From the NCBI RefSeq assembly GCF_009914755.1, contig NC_060936.1: a stretch of 64,000 nucleotides of DNA; one strand, given 5' to 3'. Positions 1 to 18,660 of the stretch are shown one piece after another. The position numbers and the translations under genes are program-made. Numbering within the stretch: the stretch's first letter is position 1; every line of letters begins with the position of its first letter. Below the pieces are notes generated by a model. The model ran no database searches. It was given only the letters and a program-made list of their open reading frames with translations, and was not told the origin of the DNA. Source of the DNA: the human T2T-CHM13v2.0 reference genome, Homo sapiens.

Positions 1-324
1 ATTAGCTAGATTAACCAAGAAAAGAGAGAAAAGTTTCAAATAAGCTCGATTAGAAATAAAACTGGAGACATTACAACTGACACTATAAATACAAATTATC
101 ATTCTAGACTACCATTAACACCTATACCCACAAACTAGAAAACCTAGAGGAAATGGATACATTTCTGGAAACATATAATTCTCCAAGATTCAATCAGGAA
201 GAACTAAAAATGCTGAACATACCAATAACAAGCAACAAGATTGAATCAGTAAAAAAAAAAATTGCCAACAACAGTAAAAAAGCTTAGGGCCAGATGGATT
301 CACAGTTGAATTCTACTGGACATT

Positions 325-867
325 TGTATTAGTCAAGGTTCTCTAGAGGGACACAACTAATAGGATAGATGCATATGTGAGTTTATTAGGAGAACTGACT
401 CACACGATCACAAGGTGAAGTCCCTCAATAGGCCATCTGCAAGCTGAGGAGCCAGGAACCCAGTCTGAGTCCCAAAACCTCAAAAGTAGGGAAGCTGAGA
501 GTGCAGCCTTCGGTCTGTGGCCAAAGGCCTGAAAGCCACTGACTAATCACTGGTGTAAGTCTAAGAGTCCAAAATCTAAAGAACTTGGAGTCTGAAGTTT
601 GAGGGCAGGAAGTATCCAGCACGGGAGAAAGATGGAGGCCAGTAGACTTAGCCAGTCTAGTCTTTCCATGTTCTTCTGCCTGCTTTTATTCTGACCATGC
701 TGGCAGCTGGTTAGATTGTGCCCATCTGGATTGAGGGTGGGTCTGCCTTTCCCAGTCCAGTGACTCAAATGTAAGTCTCCTTTATCAACACCCTCACAGA
801 CATACCCAGGAACAATACTTTGCATCCTTCAATCCAATCAAGTGGACACTCAATATTAACCATCACA
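325..867 (-). mobile_element. MLT2A (HERV-L family) solo LTR
   Basis: TG...CA termini; minus strand begins TGTGATGGTTAATATTGAGTGTCCACTTGATTGGATTGAAGG as in MLT2A; 5-bp TSD acatt at 320-324 and 868-872. Confidence 0.88.
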
Positions 868-1886
868 ACATTCAAAGATGAACTGGTATGAATCCTACTG
901 AAACTGTTCCTAAAGATTGAGAAAAAGAGAATTCTCCCCGAATCATTCTATGAAGCCAGCATCACCTTAATACCAAAACCAGGAAAGGACATTAACAAAA
1001 ATTAGAAAACTGCAGCCCAATATACCTGATGAACATAGATACAAAAATTGTTAACAAAATGCTAGCTAATTGAATCCAACAGCACATCAAAAAGATAATA
1101 CACCATGATTAAGTGAGTTTTATCCAGGGATGTGAGGATGGTTCAACATACACAAATCAATAACTGTGATACATCATAAAAACAGAATGAAAAACAAAAA
1201 TCATATGATCATCTCAATAGATGCAGAAAAATCATTCAATAAAATCCAGCATCCCTTTACAATAAAACCTCTTAAGAAACTAGGCATAGAAGTGACATAT
1301 CTCAAATTAATAAAAGCCATCTATGACAAACCCACAGACAACATCATACTGAATGGGGAAAAGTTGAAACCATTCCCCCTGATAACTGGAACACGGCAAG
1401 AATGCTCACTTTCACCACTTCTATTCGACATAGCACTGGAAGTTTTAGCCACAGCAATCAGGCAAGAGAAAGAAAAATAATGGGCATCCAAATTGGAGGA
1501 GAGTAAGTTAAACTATCACTGTCTGCCAATGATAGGATTGTATACCTAGAAAACCCTGAAGACTCCTCCAAAAGACTCCTAGATTTGTAAATATATTCAG
1601 TAAAGTCTCAAGTTACAAAAATCCATGTACTCAAATCAGTAACACTTCCATACACTAACAACAATGAAGGTGAACATCACATCAAGAATTCAATCCCTTT
1701 TACAACAGCTGCAAAAGATATAAATAAAAATAAAATACTTAGGAATAAACTTAACCAAATAAGTAAATGATCTCTACAAGGGTACTACAAAACACTGCTG
1801 AAGGAAACCACAGATGACACAGACAAATGGAAACACAGCCCATGTTCATAGATTGGAAGAAATAATATTGTGAAAATGACCATACT

Positions 1887-2238
<352 letters not shown>

Positions 2239-3146
2239 CTACCCAAAAAAACTACAGATTCAAAGCAATTCCCATCAAAATACCAACATTTTCTAATTTT
2301 CACAGAATTAGAAAATGCAATGCTAATATTCATATGGAATCAAAAAAGAGCTCAAATCACCAAAGAAATCCTAAACAAAAGGAAGAAATCTGAAGGCCTT
2401 ACATTACTGGACCTCAAGTTATACTAAAGAATATAGTTACCAAAACAGTATGGTACTGGTATAAAAGTAGGTACATAGACCATGGAATAGAATATAGAAC
2501 TCAGAAATAAAGCCAAATACTTACAACCCGCTGATCTTTAATAAAGCATACAAAAACATAAATTGAGGAAAGAACATCTTATTTAATAAATGGTGCTGGG
2601 GAAACTGGCTAGCCACATGTAGAAAAATGAAACTGGATCCCTCTCTCTCATCTTATACAAAAATCAACTCAAGATGGATCAAAGAATTAAATCTAAGACC
2701 CTGAAACCATAAAAATTCTAAAAGATAACCTTGGAAAAACTCTTCTGGTCATTGGCTTAGACAACAAATGCATGACTAAAACCCTACAAGCAAATGCAAC
2801 AAAACAAAAAATAAATAAATGGGACCTTCTTAATTTAAAAAGCTTCTGCACAGCAAAAGAACATCAAAGTAAACAGACAACACACAGAATGGGAGAAAAT
2901 ACTTGCAAACTATGCACCCAAAAAGAACCAATACCCAGAATCTACAAGGAACTCAAACAAATCAGCAAGAAAAAGCAAAAAATCATTTCAAAAGATGGGC
3001 AAATGACATGAATATACATTTCTCAAAAGATGTATAAATGGCCAACAAACAAATGAAATAAATGCTCAGCCTCACTAATCATCAGGGAAAAGAAAATTAA
3101 AACCACAATGAGATATCACCTTACTCCTGCAAGGATGGCCATTATT

Positions 3147-3234
3147 TTTATTTTTATTTTTTTTTGAGACGGAGTCTTGCTCTGTCGCCCAGGCTGGAGT
3201 GTAGTGGTGTAATCTCAGCTCACTGCAAGCTCTG
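3147..3234 (-). mobile_element. Severely 5'-truncated AluY-type insertion (about 88 bp including tail)
   Basis: Poly(T) plus Alu 3' end; 16-bp TSD aaggatggc(c/t)attatt at 3131-3146 and 3235-3250. Confidence 0.88.
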
Positions 3235-4400
3235 AAGGATGGCTATTATTAAAAAGTCAAGAAACAATAGATGTTGGCATGGATGTGGTGAGAAGGGAAC
3301 ACTTATACACTGCTGGCGGGAATGTAAATTAGCACAACCTCTATGAAAACAGTATGGAGATTCCTTAAAGAACTAAAAGTAGATCTTCCATTCAATCTAG
3401 CAATCCCACTACTATGTATCTACCCAAATGAAAAGAAGTCATTATATGAAAAGAACATGCACACATGTTTATCGCAGCCCAATTCACAATTGCAAAGATA
3501 TGGACCCAACCTGATGCCCATCGACCATTGAGTGGATGAAGAAAATGTGGCATATATACACCACAGAATACTACTCAGCCATAAAAAGGAATGAAATAAT
3601 GTCTTTTGCAGAAACTTGGATGGAGTTCTAAGTAAAGTAACTCAAGGATGGAAAAACAAACACCGTGTGTTCTCAATTACAAGCAGGAGCTAAGTTGTTT
3701 GTACACAAAGGCATACAGAGTGACATAATGGACTTTGGAGACTCAGAAGAGGGGTATGGGAGACAGGGTTGGATTTAAACACTACATATTGGACACAACA
3801 TACACTACTTGGGTGAGGAGTACACTAAAATCTCAGAATTCGCCACTATATAATTCATTCATGTAACCAAAATCCACTTGTACCCCAAAAGCTATTGAAA
3901 TAAAAATGAATAAATAAATTTAAAACACACATACATACTACCTTTTTTGAGTAATATATAGCATAGACTGTAAAAGAAATGTGTAGACATTAAAATTACA
4001 ATTTTGAATACTATGTAGAAAAATAAGGTTAACGGAAAAAAATAAAAATAAATGAAGAAAATTTTAGTATGCAATTATATAGCATACAAATTTCAAAAAG
4101 ATTAGCAGTTAAGTTATAAAAGTAAATACCATGTTAGGATGCTGGAATTATGAACAGCCTTTTTCTAACATTTTAACAATATTAATTGCTCTTAAGATTT
4201 ACAGAGAAAAGAACCTATTTTGTTTTTTCACAGATTTATTTCTGGAAAGGTAAATCTTTTGTCATTCTCAGCACTGTCATAAGAAACTTTTGTGTTTTAT
4301 TTGCTAAGGAAATAATTCAAATTTTAGTTCATGCTAAACTCTTAAATTTTCCTATAACAGAGGGAATAATCTTGGAGAAAAACAGAAAATCTCACTTCAC

Positions 4401-4480
4401 CTTTGTGAGATGTCTCTCAGTTGAAGGGAAACCCAACCTGACATCAGCGCCCCAGCATTTCTCTCGGCTCACTTAACTAT
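4401..4480 (-). ncRNA. Candidate 80-nt non-coding exon of a minus-strand transcript
   Basis: Minus strand reads gattttattttgctttctag|ATAGTTAAGTGAG...CACAAAG|gtgaagtgag: strong acceptor, GT donor (alternative GTGAGA 5 nt downstream); stops in all three frames. Confidence 0.45.
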
Positions 4481-4999
4481 CTAGAAAGCAAAATAAAATC
4501 ATGAAGACGAGGGAGCTGAAACATGTGTGAAATTATTAGAGCATCCGAATGTCAAGGGAAATAGTCATAAGTTGTAAGTACTTATGAGCCCAGCTAAAAG
4601 GAACTGCAAAAACTTCTGATGTTGCCCTCTACGAAAGCTCCAGAGACACCTTTATAGACAGAGAAGGATTTTGACAATAAATTGCAAGGAATAGCCACAT
4701 TAATTCTGAGAAAAATAAACAAGTCACTGAATTGTAGATATGACTAGGGTTTCTTATTCTTATGCACCGATGATAAAAATATTCAAACATGTCTCACCTT
4801 TTAGGCATAACAACATGAGTAAAATTTTAAAAATTAATTTAGTTTTTTTTGTGCAAGTATACCTGTAAATTAAAAAGTCAAAAAATTCTACAAGGATGAT
4901 CTTTAAAAACAGCACTCTTTTTGTCCTCATTTTCTCTTGCCAGAGGATTTATTTTTAGCTAAATCTTTTTATATTTAACCTCCTTATCTCTAAATAATT

Positions 5000-6110
5000 G
5001 CTCATAGTGAGATTTTAAAATTTTACTTCCAGTTTTAGGCACAATGTGAGTAAATAATGTCCTCCAGTCACCCCTCACACACACATTTGCCAACCCCCAA
5101 CCTCTGAATTTAGTTAAGATAAATATTCTATCAGTTTTACTTTACTATATTCATGATAGTCACAGCTGAACTGTGTTCTCTACCATGATTATTTTTGCTT
5201 TCCTGTACAATATTTTGTTTTCTCTATTTTTTGTCTCATTTGCTTAGCTTTCTAAGTACTTACCACTGATTTAACCCCTTTAGTCTGGCCAAAATGTGTA
5301 AACTTCTCCTTGATACCCTGAAACAATCAGTTACTGCGTTACTTTCATTTGTAAAAGAAATATGTTCGAGAACATCTTGACTCACATTTGAATGGTTGTC
5401 CTCTAAGCCTGATGCAACTTTCTTAGGAACTTCTCTCACTGATATTTTGAGCACTTTTTTTGTCCTCTTCTGTGTTGGAGTTCTGTTTTTTGCATGTCAT
5501 ATCTTCCCCTGGTTATAAATTGAAATTCTAGATAGGAAATAATTTTTTATGAGAATTATCAAACCATTGCTCCATTTCTAATTTCCAATGTGGCTATTGA
5601 GCTAGCTAATGCCATTCTAAGTGTTGAAATTTTGTTTGTTCTGTTCAGAAATTTTACAGTGATGAGTATCCCAGTGGTTCTACTTTCACGCAATGTGCTA
5701 TTTGGTCAGGGAAATCTCAATCTTGTAACTGATGTTCATTTCTACTTATTTTTTTAAATTATTGCTTTGGTTTTCTATTCTCTGCTTACTATTTTCTCTC
5801 TGTTGGTACTCCTACCATTCTGATGTTGGACATCCTGGACTGGTTCTTTGATTTTTTAATATTTTCTTTCTTGATGTTCATATTTTTTATCTTTGCCTCA
5901 TTTTCTGAAGATTTCCTCATCCTTCTCCTCCTACCCCTTTTTGAGTTTTTGATTTCCATAATATTTTTAATTTCTAAATTGAAATTATTTAATTTTAATT
6001 ATTTCTTTTTAACGTGAATCCTTCTATAGAATATTTTTTCTTATTTTATGGATATGGTATCTTTTATCTCTTTGAAAATATTCATAATATTTTAAATATG
6101 TTCTTCACAC
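5000..6110 (-). mobile_element. Highly decayed ancient L1 (L1M-type) fragment
   Basis: T-rich degenerate sequence with the texture of old antisense L1; boundaries approximate. Confidence 0.45.
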
Positions 6111-6134
6111 TTAAAATTCCTGATTTACTCTAAA

Positions 6135-6360
6135 GGCAATGTAATATAGTTATTGGCATAGGGTCCAGTAACTAAGTATTTGCATTCAAGTCCTGACTCC
6201 ACTACTTATTAGTTACGTGACCTTCGGAATGTTAACCTTTCAGTTCCTCAATTCCATTATGTATAAATACTATAAATGATAGGGTTGTTCTGAATATCAA
6301 ATGACTAACACATGTACTTAAAACAATGCGTGGGATAAGGTAAGCCCTATACGTATTGTG
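6135..6360 (+). mobile_element. MIR SINE remnant
   Basis: MIR core-like 'ttcaagtcctgactccactacttattagttacgtgacctt...cagttcctca'. Confidence 0.65.
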
Positions 6361-7876
6361 CTAAAAGACTAGTTTATTATTTGTTATTGTGCTTGTCAGT
6401 TTTAGAATCTGCCATTCAAAGATCATTTATTTAAATGTCTTGTGATCTGCAACTCTATGCTGTGATCTAGAGTGCTGATAAGATGACCAGAAACGGCATG
6501 ACAAGGGTCTTCCCATTTGTAGGCTTCACTATAGGCCATTGCGTTGGGGAACCCTGGCTGTCAATACCTTCATATTTTCAGTTTGTCAGATTACCTGCCT
6601 GAAGACTGCACATCTGTCTTCAGGTAAGAAGGCTAAGGATTTCAACCTTCGTTGTAAAATTATACTTAAAGTTTTCTATGTGGTATTTCCATCCACCACT
6701 TTGCTTTAAGCTTTTTGGTGAATAAACTCCATAGTGTTCAGTCTGGTGGGAATGAGCTAAGTTAGACTGAATTTTGCTGTCTAACTTTCCCTCTTAAATA
6801 AATTTTCTAATTTAGATTGTGTATCAGCTTTCCCTATCACTGGCTTCAGAACCATTTTCTTTGATCTGTTAAGTGAGTAACCACTTGACCACAACTTTCC
6901 AGCTTCCAATGTTTTTAATAGATGTGCTTTTACACCTTGTTATAAATGCCTTTGCTGTTTTTAAAATGGGATTTTACAGAAACTAAAGGTAAATGTGAGT
7001 GTTAAATGTACCATCTTTAACCAGAGCTGAAATGACTATTTAAGACAATAAGAAGCAATTATTAGGGAGAACAAAGTCTACTTATAAATAGACATTCAGC
7101 TCTATAAATTTCCTTTCCTTAACAAGCATTGATATTTTGGGAATAGCACTTCCGAATAACTGTACCCACTTAAAATTTCTCAATAAGAAAGCAGAAACAA
7201 AATCTTAAGCTCTGAATCTATAGCACAATGTTTATCCCTCTGCTTATCCTGCAATTTTCCCAATGCAGAAAAATTCCCAGTAGTGCAAGTTACAGCATCC
7301 ACCACCAAGCATTGCCTTCTTCACTTGTATTCAAGTGTGTAAACATACATGAGGTTGACTATGTATGAGGTGCTATTTACCAAAATTATTTTTGCCATCA
7401 TTCATGCAAACCAGCCCCCTTAAATGATTTTTAAGAAGGGAGATCTAATAGAACAGAGAGAAACATCATCTTTGGAAATGATGCAGAAAAGCTCAGCAAA
7501 AGAGAGTGAGAAAGTTGGAAAGAGCAGCAGCCAGAGCATCCATTTTTGTCACATATCATATGGAGAGAGAAGGCTTGCTGTCAGGCTTGTATTTGCTAAA
7601 AGCAACACTGTGCTTTTATACAAAATGTTCATTATGATAACGGTCACTTCAAGAAATGTCTTTTTTTTTTTTTTGCCTCACATCCCATTTTGGGGAAAAT
7701 AATTAAAGGCATTAACTCAAGAGTAGGTGTATTTCTTTGGTAAAATATGGTTTCAGCAATGTTAATACAGCAAGCTTAACTGTTCATTTATTCTATTGTT
7801 AATTTTTTAAAAAATTATAATTAAGAAGAAAGACCTTTTATTTCCTGTCTCTTTGATTATCACACTGTGGGGTTTT

Positions 7877-12317
<4,441 letters not shown>

Positions 12318-12667
12318 TAAACCATGTAAAACATTACTAAAACCTTACTTCATTTGGTACCATAGTGGCAACATAGTCTCTACTGCAGCAAATCATCTAG
12401 TGGAAATCTGTAGCCACTTGGGTATCAGACCATCAAACTTACTAAACATACAAGGTGATGACAGCTTCTGGAACAGAACATCTCAACACTGAGTCAACTG
12501 AGCTTAACCTCTGTTGAAACTCCCTCTGTCTATGACATGGGATAACAGATCCCAATGTCTCAAACAGTGTTAATATCAAAGGAACTCAGTGAAGGATTTA
12601 AGCCTATAAGGAATGCTAATGAGTGAAATATTTCTCCCCCTATTTTTATTATGTTCTGTAAGGTTAG

Positions 12668-13008
<341 letters not shown>

Positions 13009-14489
13009 TCAATAGTTGTTAGAATATACCTGCTCTGCAAATTTCTCTGGATTTAACAGAATAATTAAAATTTCTCTATTAAACTATTAAGGCAAATATA
13101 TATGCTATGTATATATATTTTTTGAGCAAAATAGTTGATCTTGTGAGACTGCCTGTATAGATTTACGAATTCTACAAAAAGCATGTGTCTCCACTATTCA
13201 AGACAACCTACACTTCTGACCAGTACATTAGGCCTTGATTTGAAGAGAAGTTTGGAATCTTAAAATTATGTCATCATTACAGAAAAATGAATTTAAATGA
13301 AAAATGAATTAAAAATGAATTTAAATGAATTTAAATCATCTTAGATAGCCAACAATGTTTATTATAAAAGATCAGAAACTTAAATCATTGATTTCCCATT
13401 ATTTTCTTTTCTTTAACTACATACAAGCTGTAAGACGGGAACATGCCCTTTTTGTCTAGCTGAACGATAAGAGCATACGTCACACACTGTGCCTATTCAA
13501 ATATGCACTCTCTGATAAAGATTGAAATTGTGGAGAATGTTAATGGAAAGCAGGCTCTCAAGTTCTTCTATAGAGGCTATTACTCGACGCAAATGAAAAA
13601 TGCAGAGCACAGTGCTCTGGGCTCTTTGGCCCATTCTGCTGAATTGAAAGGGAAAATTGAAAAGACTCAATTATTCTATTTATTATTTGATGAGTTTTTA
13701 TAATACAAAATGAATTTTGTGATTAATGAGGATTTTATGTGGACTGTACATACAAAACTTCATCTACACAAAGCAAATAGCATTATTTTCTGCCTAGCGA
13801 AGGTGAAAATGAAATGTAAAATAAAGTTGATTGACTTAAAGTTAATATATAAAAGGTAGCACTAGTTAATAAGAGTATTGATTAAAGATATAAGAAAAGA
13901 TGGTGACAATTTATCAAATATCCTTGTTCTAGGTCCTCAGGGTGGCTGCTTAATAAACACTTTTTCTTACAACTGATTCATATTTTCATATTACTCCTTG
14001 TTTCTTTTTTCTATGGACATATCAGAATCACATACCACCATTACCATTACAGTAATACATACTTACACAAAAAAATTAATTTGTAAATCTCTTAGTTTAT
14101 TTTAACATCTTAAATGGGATTAATCTTACAATAGAGGCAGGCACTAAAGGGTTGGGGATAAATATAATTAAAACACATCAACTGGAATTAATCAATTAAT
14201 TCAGGCAAAAAAATATTATTGAAAAATAGAGAAACATCTATAATCATTATGTTTTTAATCAATATAATATTAATTTTGGTAATAATTTAAAAATATCTTT
14301 AATCTTAGTGGATATGTAAAATGTTTTTTATAACCTGTTTCTATCAAACTCTTGTACGTCAGACAATCTTTATGATATATAAAATTGTAAAACAATTTTT
14401 TAAATCTTAGAAAAATGCTTGGTTTTTTTTTTGAATTTATTCTCTATTCCCCTTTACAAGGTTTTGTATCCTTCACATAAAGGCAACTT

Positions 14490-14541
14490 ACACACACACA
14501 TACACAAATGCACACACACGTGAACAAACACACACACACAC
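14490..14541. repeat. Imperfect (CA)n microsatellite
   Basis: Directly visible. Confidence 0.85.
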
Positions 14542-14824
14542 TTTCAATTCAATTCCTAGTACTGGGGAAGTGAAAAAAAATCCACACATAGTCTCTCCTC
14601 AGGCTTATGCAAAAATAATTACAAATTCTAATTCAAGACATGGCTTACTTTATATGCAACAACTTCTCTCTTTGTTTTCCTCTGGGACACAACACATAAA
14701 GTGATGACTAAGTCTCCAATGATCACACTTTTGCCCTCATGAGAATACCACATGAAGTGTATATGGTTCTGCAATGCACAAATCTTGGAAGTGAAAGGAA
14801 CACAAGGAAAATTATCCTACTTAC

Positions 14825-14894
14825 AGTAGAGTGCTTTAGGCATTTTCTTCTTTTCATTGACCCACAGAAAACTTTTCCTAATGCCAATTTGAGC
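14825..14894 (-). ncRNA. Candidate 70-nt exon of a minus-strand transcript
   Basis: Minus strand gttgatttcttgcatag|GCTCAAATTGG...CACTCTACT|gtaagtag: canonical acceptor and GTAAGT donor in unique-looking DNA. Confidence 0.35.
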
Positions 14895-16644
14895 CTATGC
14901 AAGAAATCAACAACCTTGTGAAATAAATGCCAATCTGTCTTACTCCATATCCACATATGACAAAATAAATGGACTCCAACCCAGCACAGGGTGGTCAACT
15001 TAACAATCAATCCAGTTGGCAATCAGATCAGTTGTCAAAGATAGATCGAGTTAAAACCATTAAATTCAAGAGATAATACACTGAATAATTCTATTATATC
15101 CTACTTAATTTTCATAGATATTTTTAATAGATGGGAACATAAAAATACAGTAATGCATTCTGTTTATTGATGGCAGAGAAAACAAAATTAAGAGTTGCAT
15201 TATTTCTGCTCACAAACAAGATCCTGCATAGTCCTAGAGAACATCCTAGAGTAAAGCTACAGTCTTCTCCTTGGAATGATATAATAGGGAACTAAAAATA
15301 TTTGCTGGACTAGTATTTTAAAGGAAAGTGCAAGATTCTAGATTTGAATTGAAAAAACAAAACAACTTGGCATATGTTTTTGCTCCAAATTTTTCACCTA
15401 TGTTTACAAAATAAATTATAGCACATCTCTAGATGTCAACTTTTCATAGTCAAGTGTAGTCTTGGCACTTCCCTCCCAAGATAATAAAAATTAATAGCAT
15501 TATGCTGAAATAATTTTGAACCCTCATAAGGAAGCTACTGAATATAGCTGAGTATTACTATTAATCATAGCTATGCTCCAAATCAACATAGTTGTACATT
15601 AAATTTAGCTTAGCCTGAAGTATTCTTGAAGATGTATTTAAACAATTACGTGATGCTTCTGTACAGTTATGTGGATGATACAACCCACATTTTCCAACTC
15701 AATCCCAGTGTTAAATATTATATTTTATTGTCAGTACATGCATTCTAAGCTTGAAAAATTTAGTCCCATTATATATTGGTAATATTCTTTGATTCATAAT
15801 ATTTATTTGTTGTATTCCAATTAAAATTTCCTCTTGCTGCTTTACTAACTACAATTTATACTTTATTAACATAATGATATACATATGTAAATACTATATT
15901 ATTTCCAAAATTTATAAGTATACATTGTATCCCTTTTTCCTAATTAGTCTAAAACTTAGCATAAACAATAAAAGAAAATAAAACAATATTTGTCAAACTT
16001 TCTTCCTGTTTGTAGTCATCAAATTACTATGAAATAAGTCAGTATTAGTCACTATAAGTACAAAATCAATTATTGCTCAGGGGACAAAGAGTTTTTCCCA
16101 CAACTAATATAAGTCACGTCTTCACACAGTAAATATCAGGAATGGAGTATGCAAAAACATGTAAATATTCATAATAATTTCAGTTTGCAATATCTGTTAC
16201 AGTTTAGAAAGTAATTTTGCATTTATTTTTTACATTTTATTAAGACAAACTCTATGAGGTTCCCATTTAAAAGAGTCAAAGGTGCTAAAGCAAGACCTAA
16301 ATGATGAGGTCTTGTCAATTCAGCCACGTCTGTCTGGTCCTTAGAAGAGAGATTGTGACTGAAATATTGGAAAAAACAGTCAAACAACCAACTTTTCGGA
16401 AAAAAATTTCCCCAAGCTGCTGTTTAATGATATCTTCCCCTTTGGTATTACTGGAAATTTAGAGTGCAATACATTAAAGGTACTCAAAAGTTAGACCAAA
16501 GAAAGTGAAATGAATGTTGAGGAAATAGACAATTCCGAACATAATTTAGTGGGGGTATTTCTCGACATATCTATACTTTGCCTGGTTGCTAGGAAGACAG
16601 AAAGATCAAGCCAACAGAAATAAATGTACTCTTCAAAAGGAGAG

Positions 16645-17155
16645 AGTAGTGGCTTTAAAACATGGCTATGAATTCTTTTTAACACTCTGTCCATCAAGAG
16701 ATAAGGTCTGTGCCACTTCTCCTTGAATCTGGGTGGGGTCGTGACGGCTTCAACCAAAAGAGTATGGTGAATGTAATACTATTTGACTTCTGAGGAAAGT
16801 TTGCATAAAACCATGCAGATTTTGTATTGTTTTACTGAAGCACTTGGAGTCTTGAGCTCCAAGTCTGAATATCTTGAATTCTCCATGCCATGAATTCTCC
16901 ATGCCCAAACCACCAGGAGAATCATCCAGACATGTTAGTGAAGAAGCCTCCAGATAAATCCAGCCTTCAGTCATTCAAGTCACTGCAGAATCTGGGTCTT
17001 CCCAGCTGTTGCCCAAACATTGTGGGGTAGAGAAAAACTATCCTTACTATCCCCTTTCTGAATTTCTGACTCACAGAACCCATGAGCATAAGAAAACAGT
17101 AGTTGTTTTGTGCTATAAGCTCTTGGGTAATTTGTTACAACAGTTAGAGATGACA
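16645..17155 (+). mobile_element. MLT1 (ERVL-MaLR) LTR, F/G/H-like
   Basis: MaLR motifs 'ccttgaatctgggtggg' and 'aatttctgactcacagaacccatgagc...tttgttacaacag'. Confidence 0.75.
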
Positions 17156-18660
17156 GATAAAATGGATAATTTTAACATGTGGGGATGGCTGACTAGAAGC
17201 AGCTATGATGTGGCTTTTATGGAGAGAAATGAAAAGGACGAGTAAATACAGGACCTTCAGTTGAAACATCCAGATACTTGCATTGGGACTAATCATAAAA
17301 ACAACTCAACCCATGGAGAACAGAGAAAAGCAAAGCAAAACGATGGGTCACCCAGGAGTGACACGGAGCCAAGGAAACCTCCTCACCCAGGCAAGCCGTG
17401 TGTGAATGTGTGACCTCGGTAAACCACGGTTCTCCCAGAGACCCTTTCAACCCTTGGGTCAGGAGATCCCCTCATGAACCCACTCCACCAGGGCCTTCAG
17501 TCGGACACACAGCGCAATGTGGAGTCTCAAGCAAAGCAGCCACTCAGGCATGTGGGGAGACCCAGAAGCATTACAAACTCTGGCTCCAGACTTCCCAGCA
17601 AAAGTAACTGCAACTTCAGCATAGCGGGAGGTTAGACCTTTGTACATACCCCTAGGAAAGAGGTTAAATCCAGGAGGCCAAACAGCGATGGTCTGCAGGC
17701 CCCACTTCCATGGCATATCACAGGATAAGACTTACTGGATTAGAATTCCAGCCAGTCACTAGAAACAGTGTTGCACTTACCCGGGACAAAGTTCCTGGGG
17801 GAAGGAATAGGCTGCCATCTTTGCTGTTTAGATGACTCAGCTGTTCCAACCTGTGGGCTTTGGAGAGTCCAAACCAACCAAGGGCTGAACGTATCCCCGA
17901 CCACAGCACAGCTGCTCTCCCAAAACGTGGCCAGACTGCTTCTTTAAGCAGGTCCTTGATCCATTTCTCTTCACTGAGCGGGACCTCCCAACCGGGGCCT
18001 CCAGCCGTCCCCACCAGTGTTCTCTAGCCAACAGAGATTTGGAAATTTCCTGGGATGGAGCTCCCAAAGAGAGAGGCAGGCTGCCATCTTTACTGTTTGG
18101 AAAACTTAGTCTTTCCAGCCTCCAGCCTTTCAAGAGCCCAAGGCAACCAGGAACAGAAGTGGTATCCCAGCAAACATGGCTGCTTGACAAAAGGATGTCC
18201 AGACAGCTTCTTTAAGAGGTTCCCTAATTCCATTCCTCCTGACTGAGTGAGACCTCCAAACCAGGGTCTTCAACCACTTCCTACAGGTGCATTCAGGTCA
18301 GCAACAGGTCCGTACCTCCCTGGCGCTCCCAGATGAAGGGGCAGGCTATCATATTTGCTGTTTCACAGCTTTCACACGTGATACCTCCAGGTACTGGAAA
18401 ATCGGAGATGACTAGGGACTGGAGTGGACCCCCAACAAACCGCAGCAGCCCTACTGAAGAGTGGCCAGGCTGTTAAAAGAAAAAAAACAAAAAATAGAAA
18501 GGTCAGCAACCTCAAAGATTGAAGGTAGATAAGCCCATAAAGATGAGAAAGAATCAGCACAAGACTGTTGAAAACTCAAAAAGCCAGAGTGCCCTCTTTC
18601 CACCAAATGACCACCTCACCTCTCCAGCAAGGGTTTAGAACTGGGCTGAGGCTGGAGATG

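Noticed and set aside
13439-13448. p53 half-site GAACATGCCC
   Set aside because: No adjacent second half-site.
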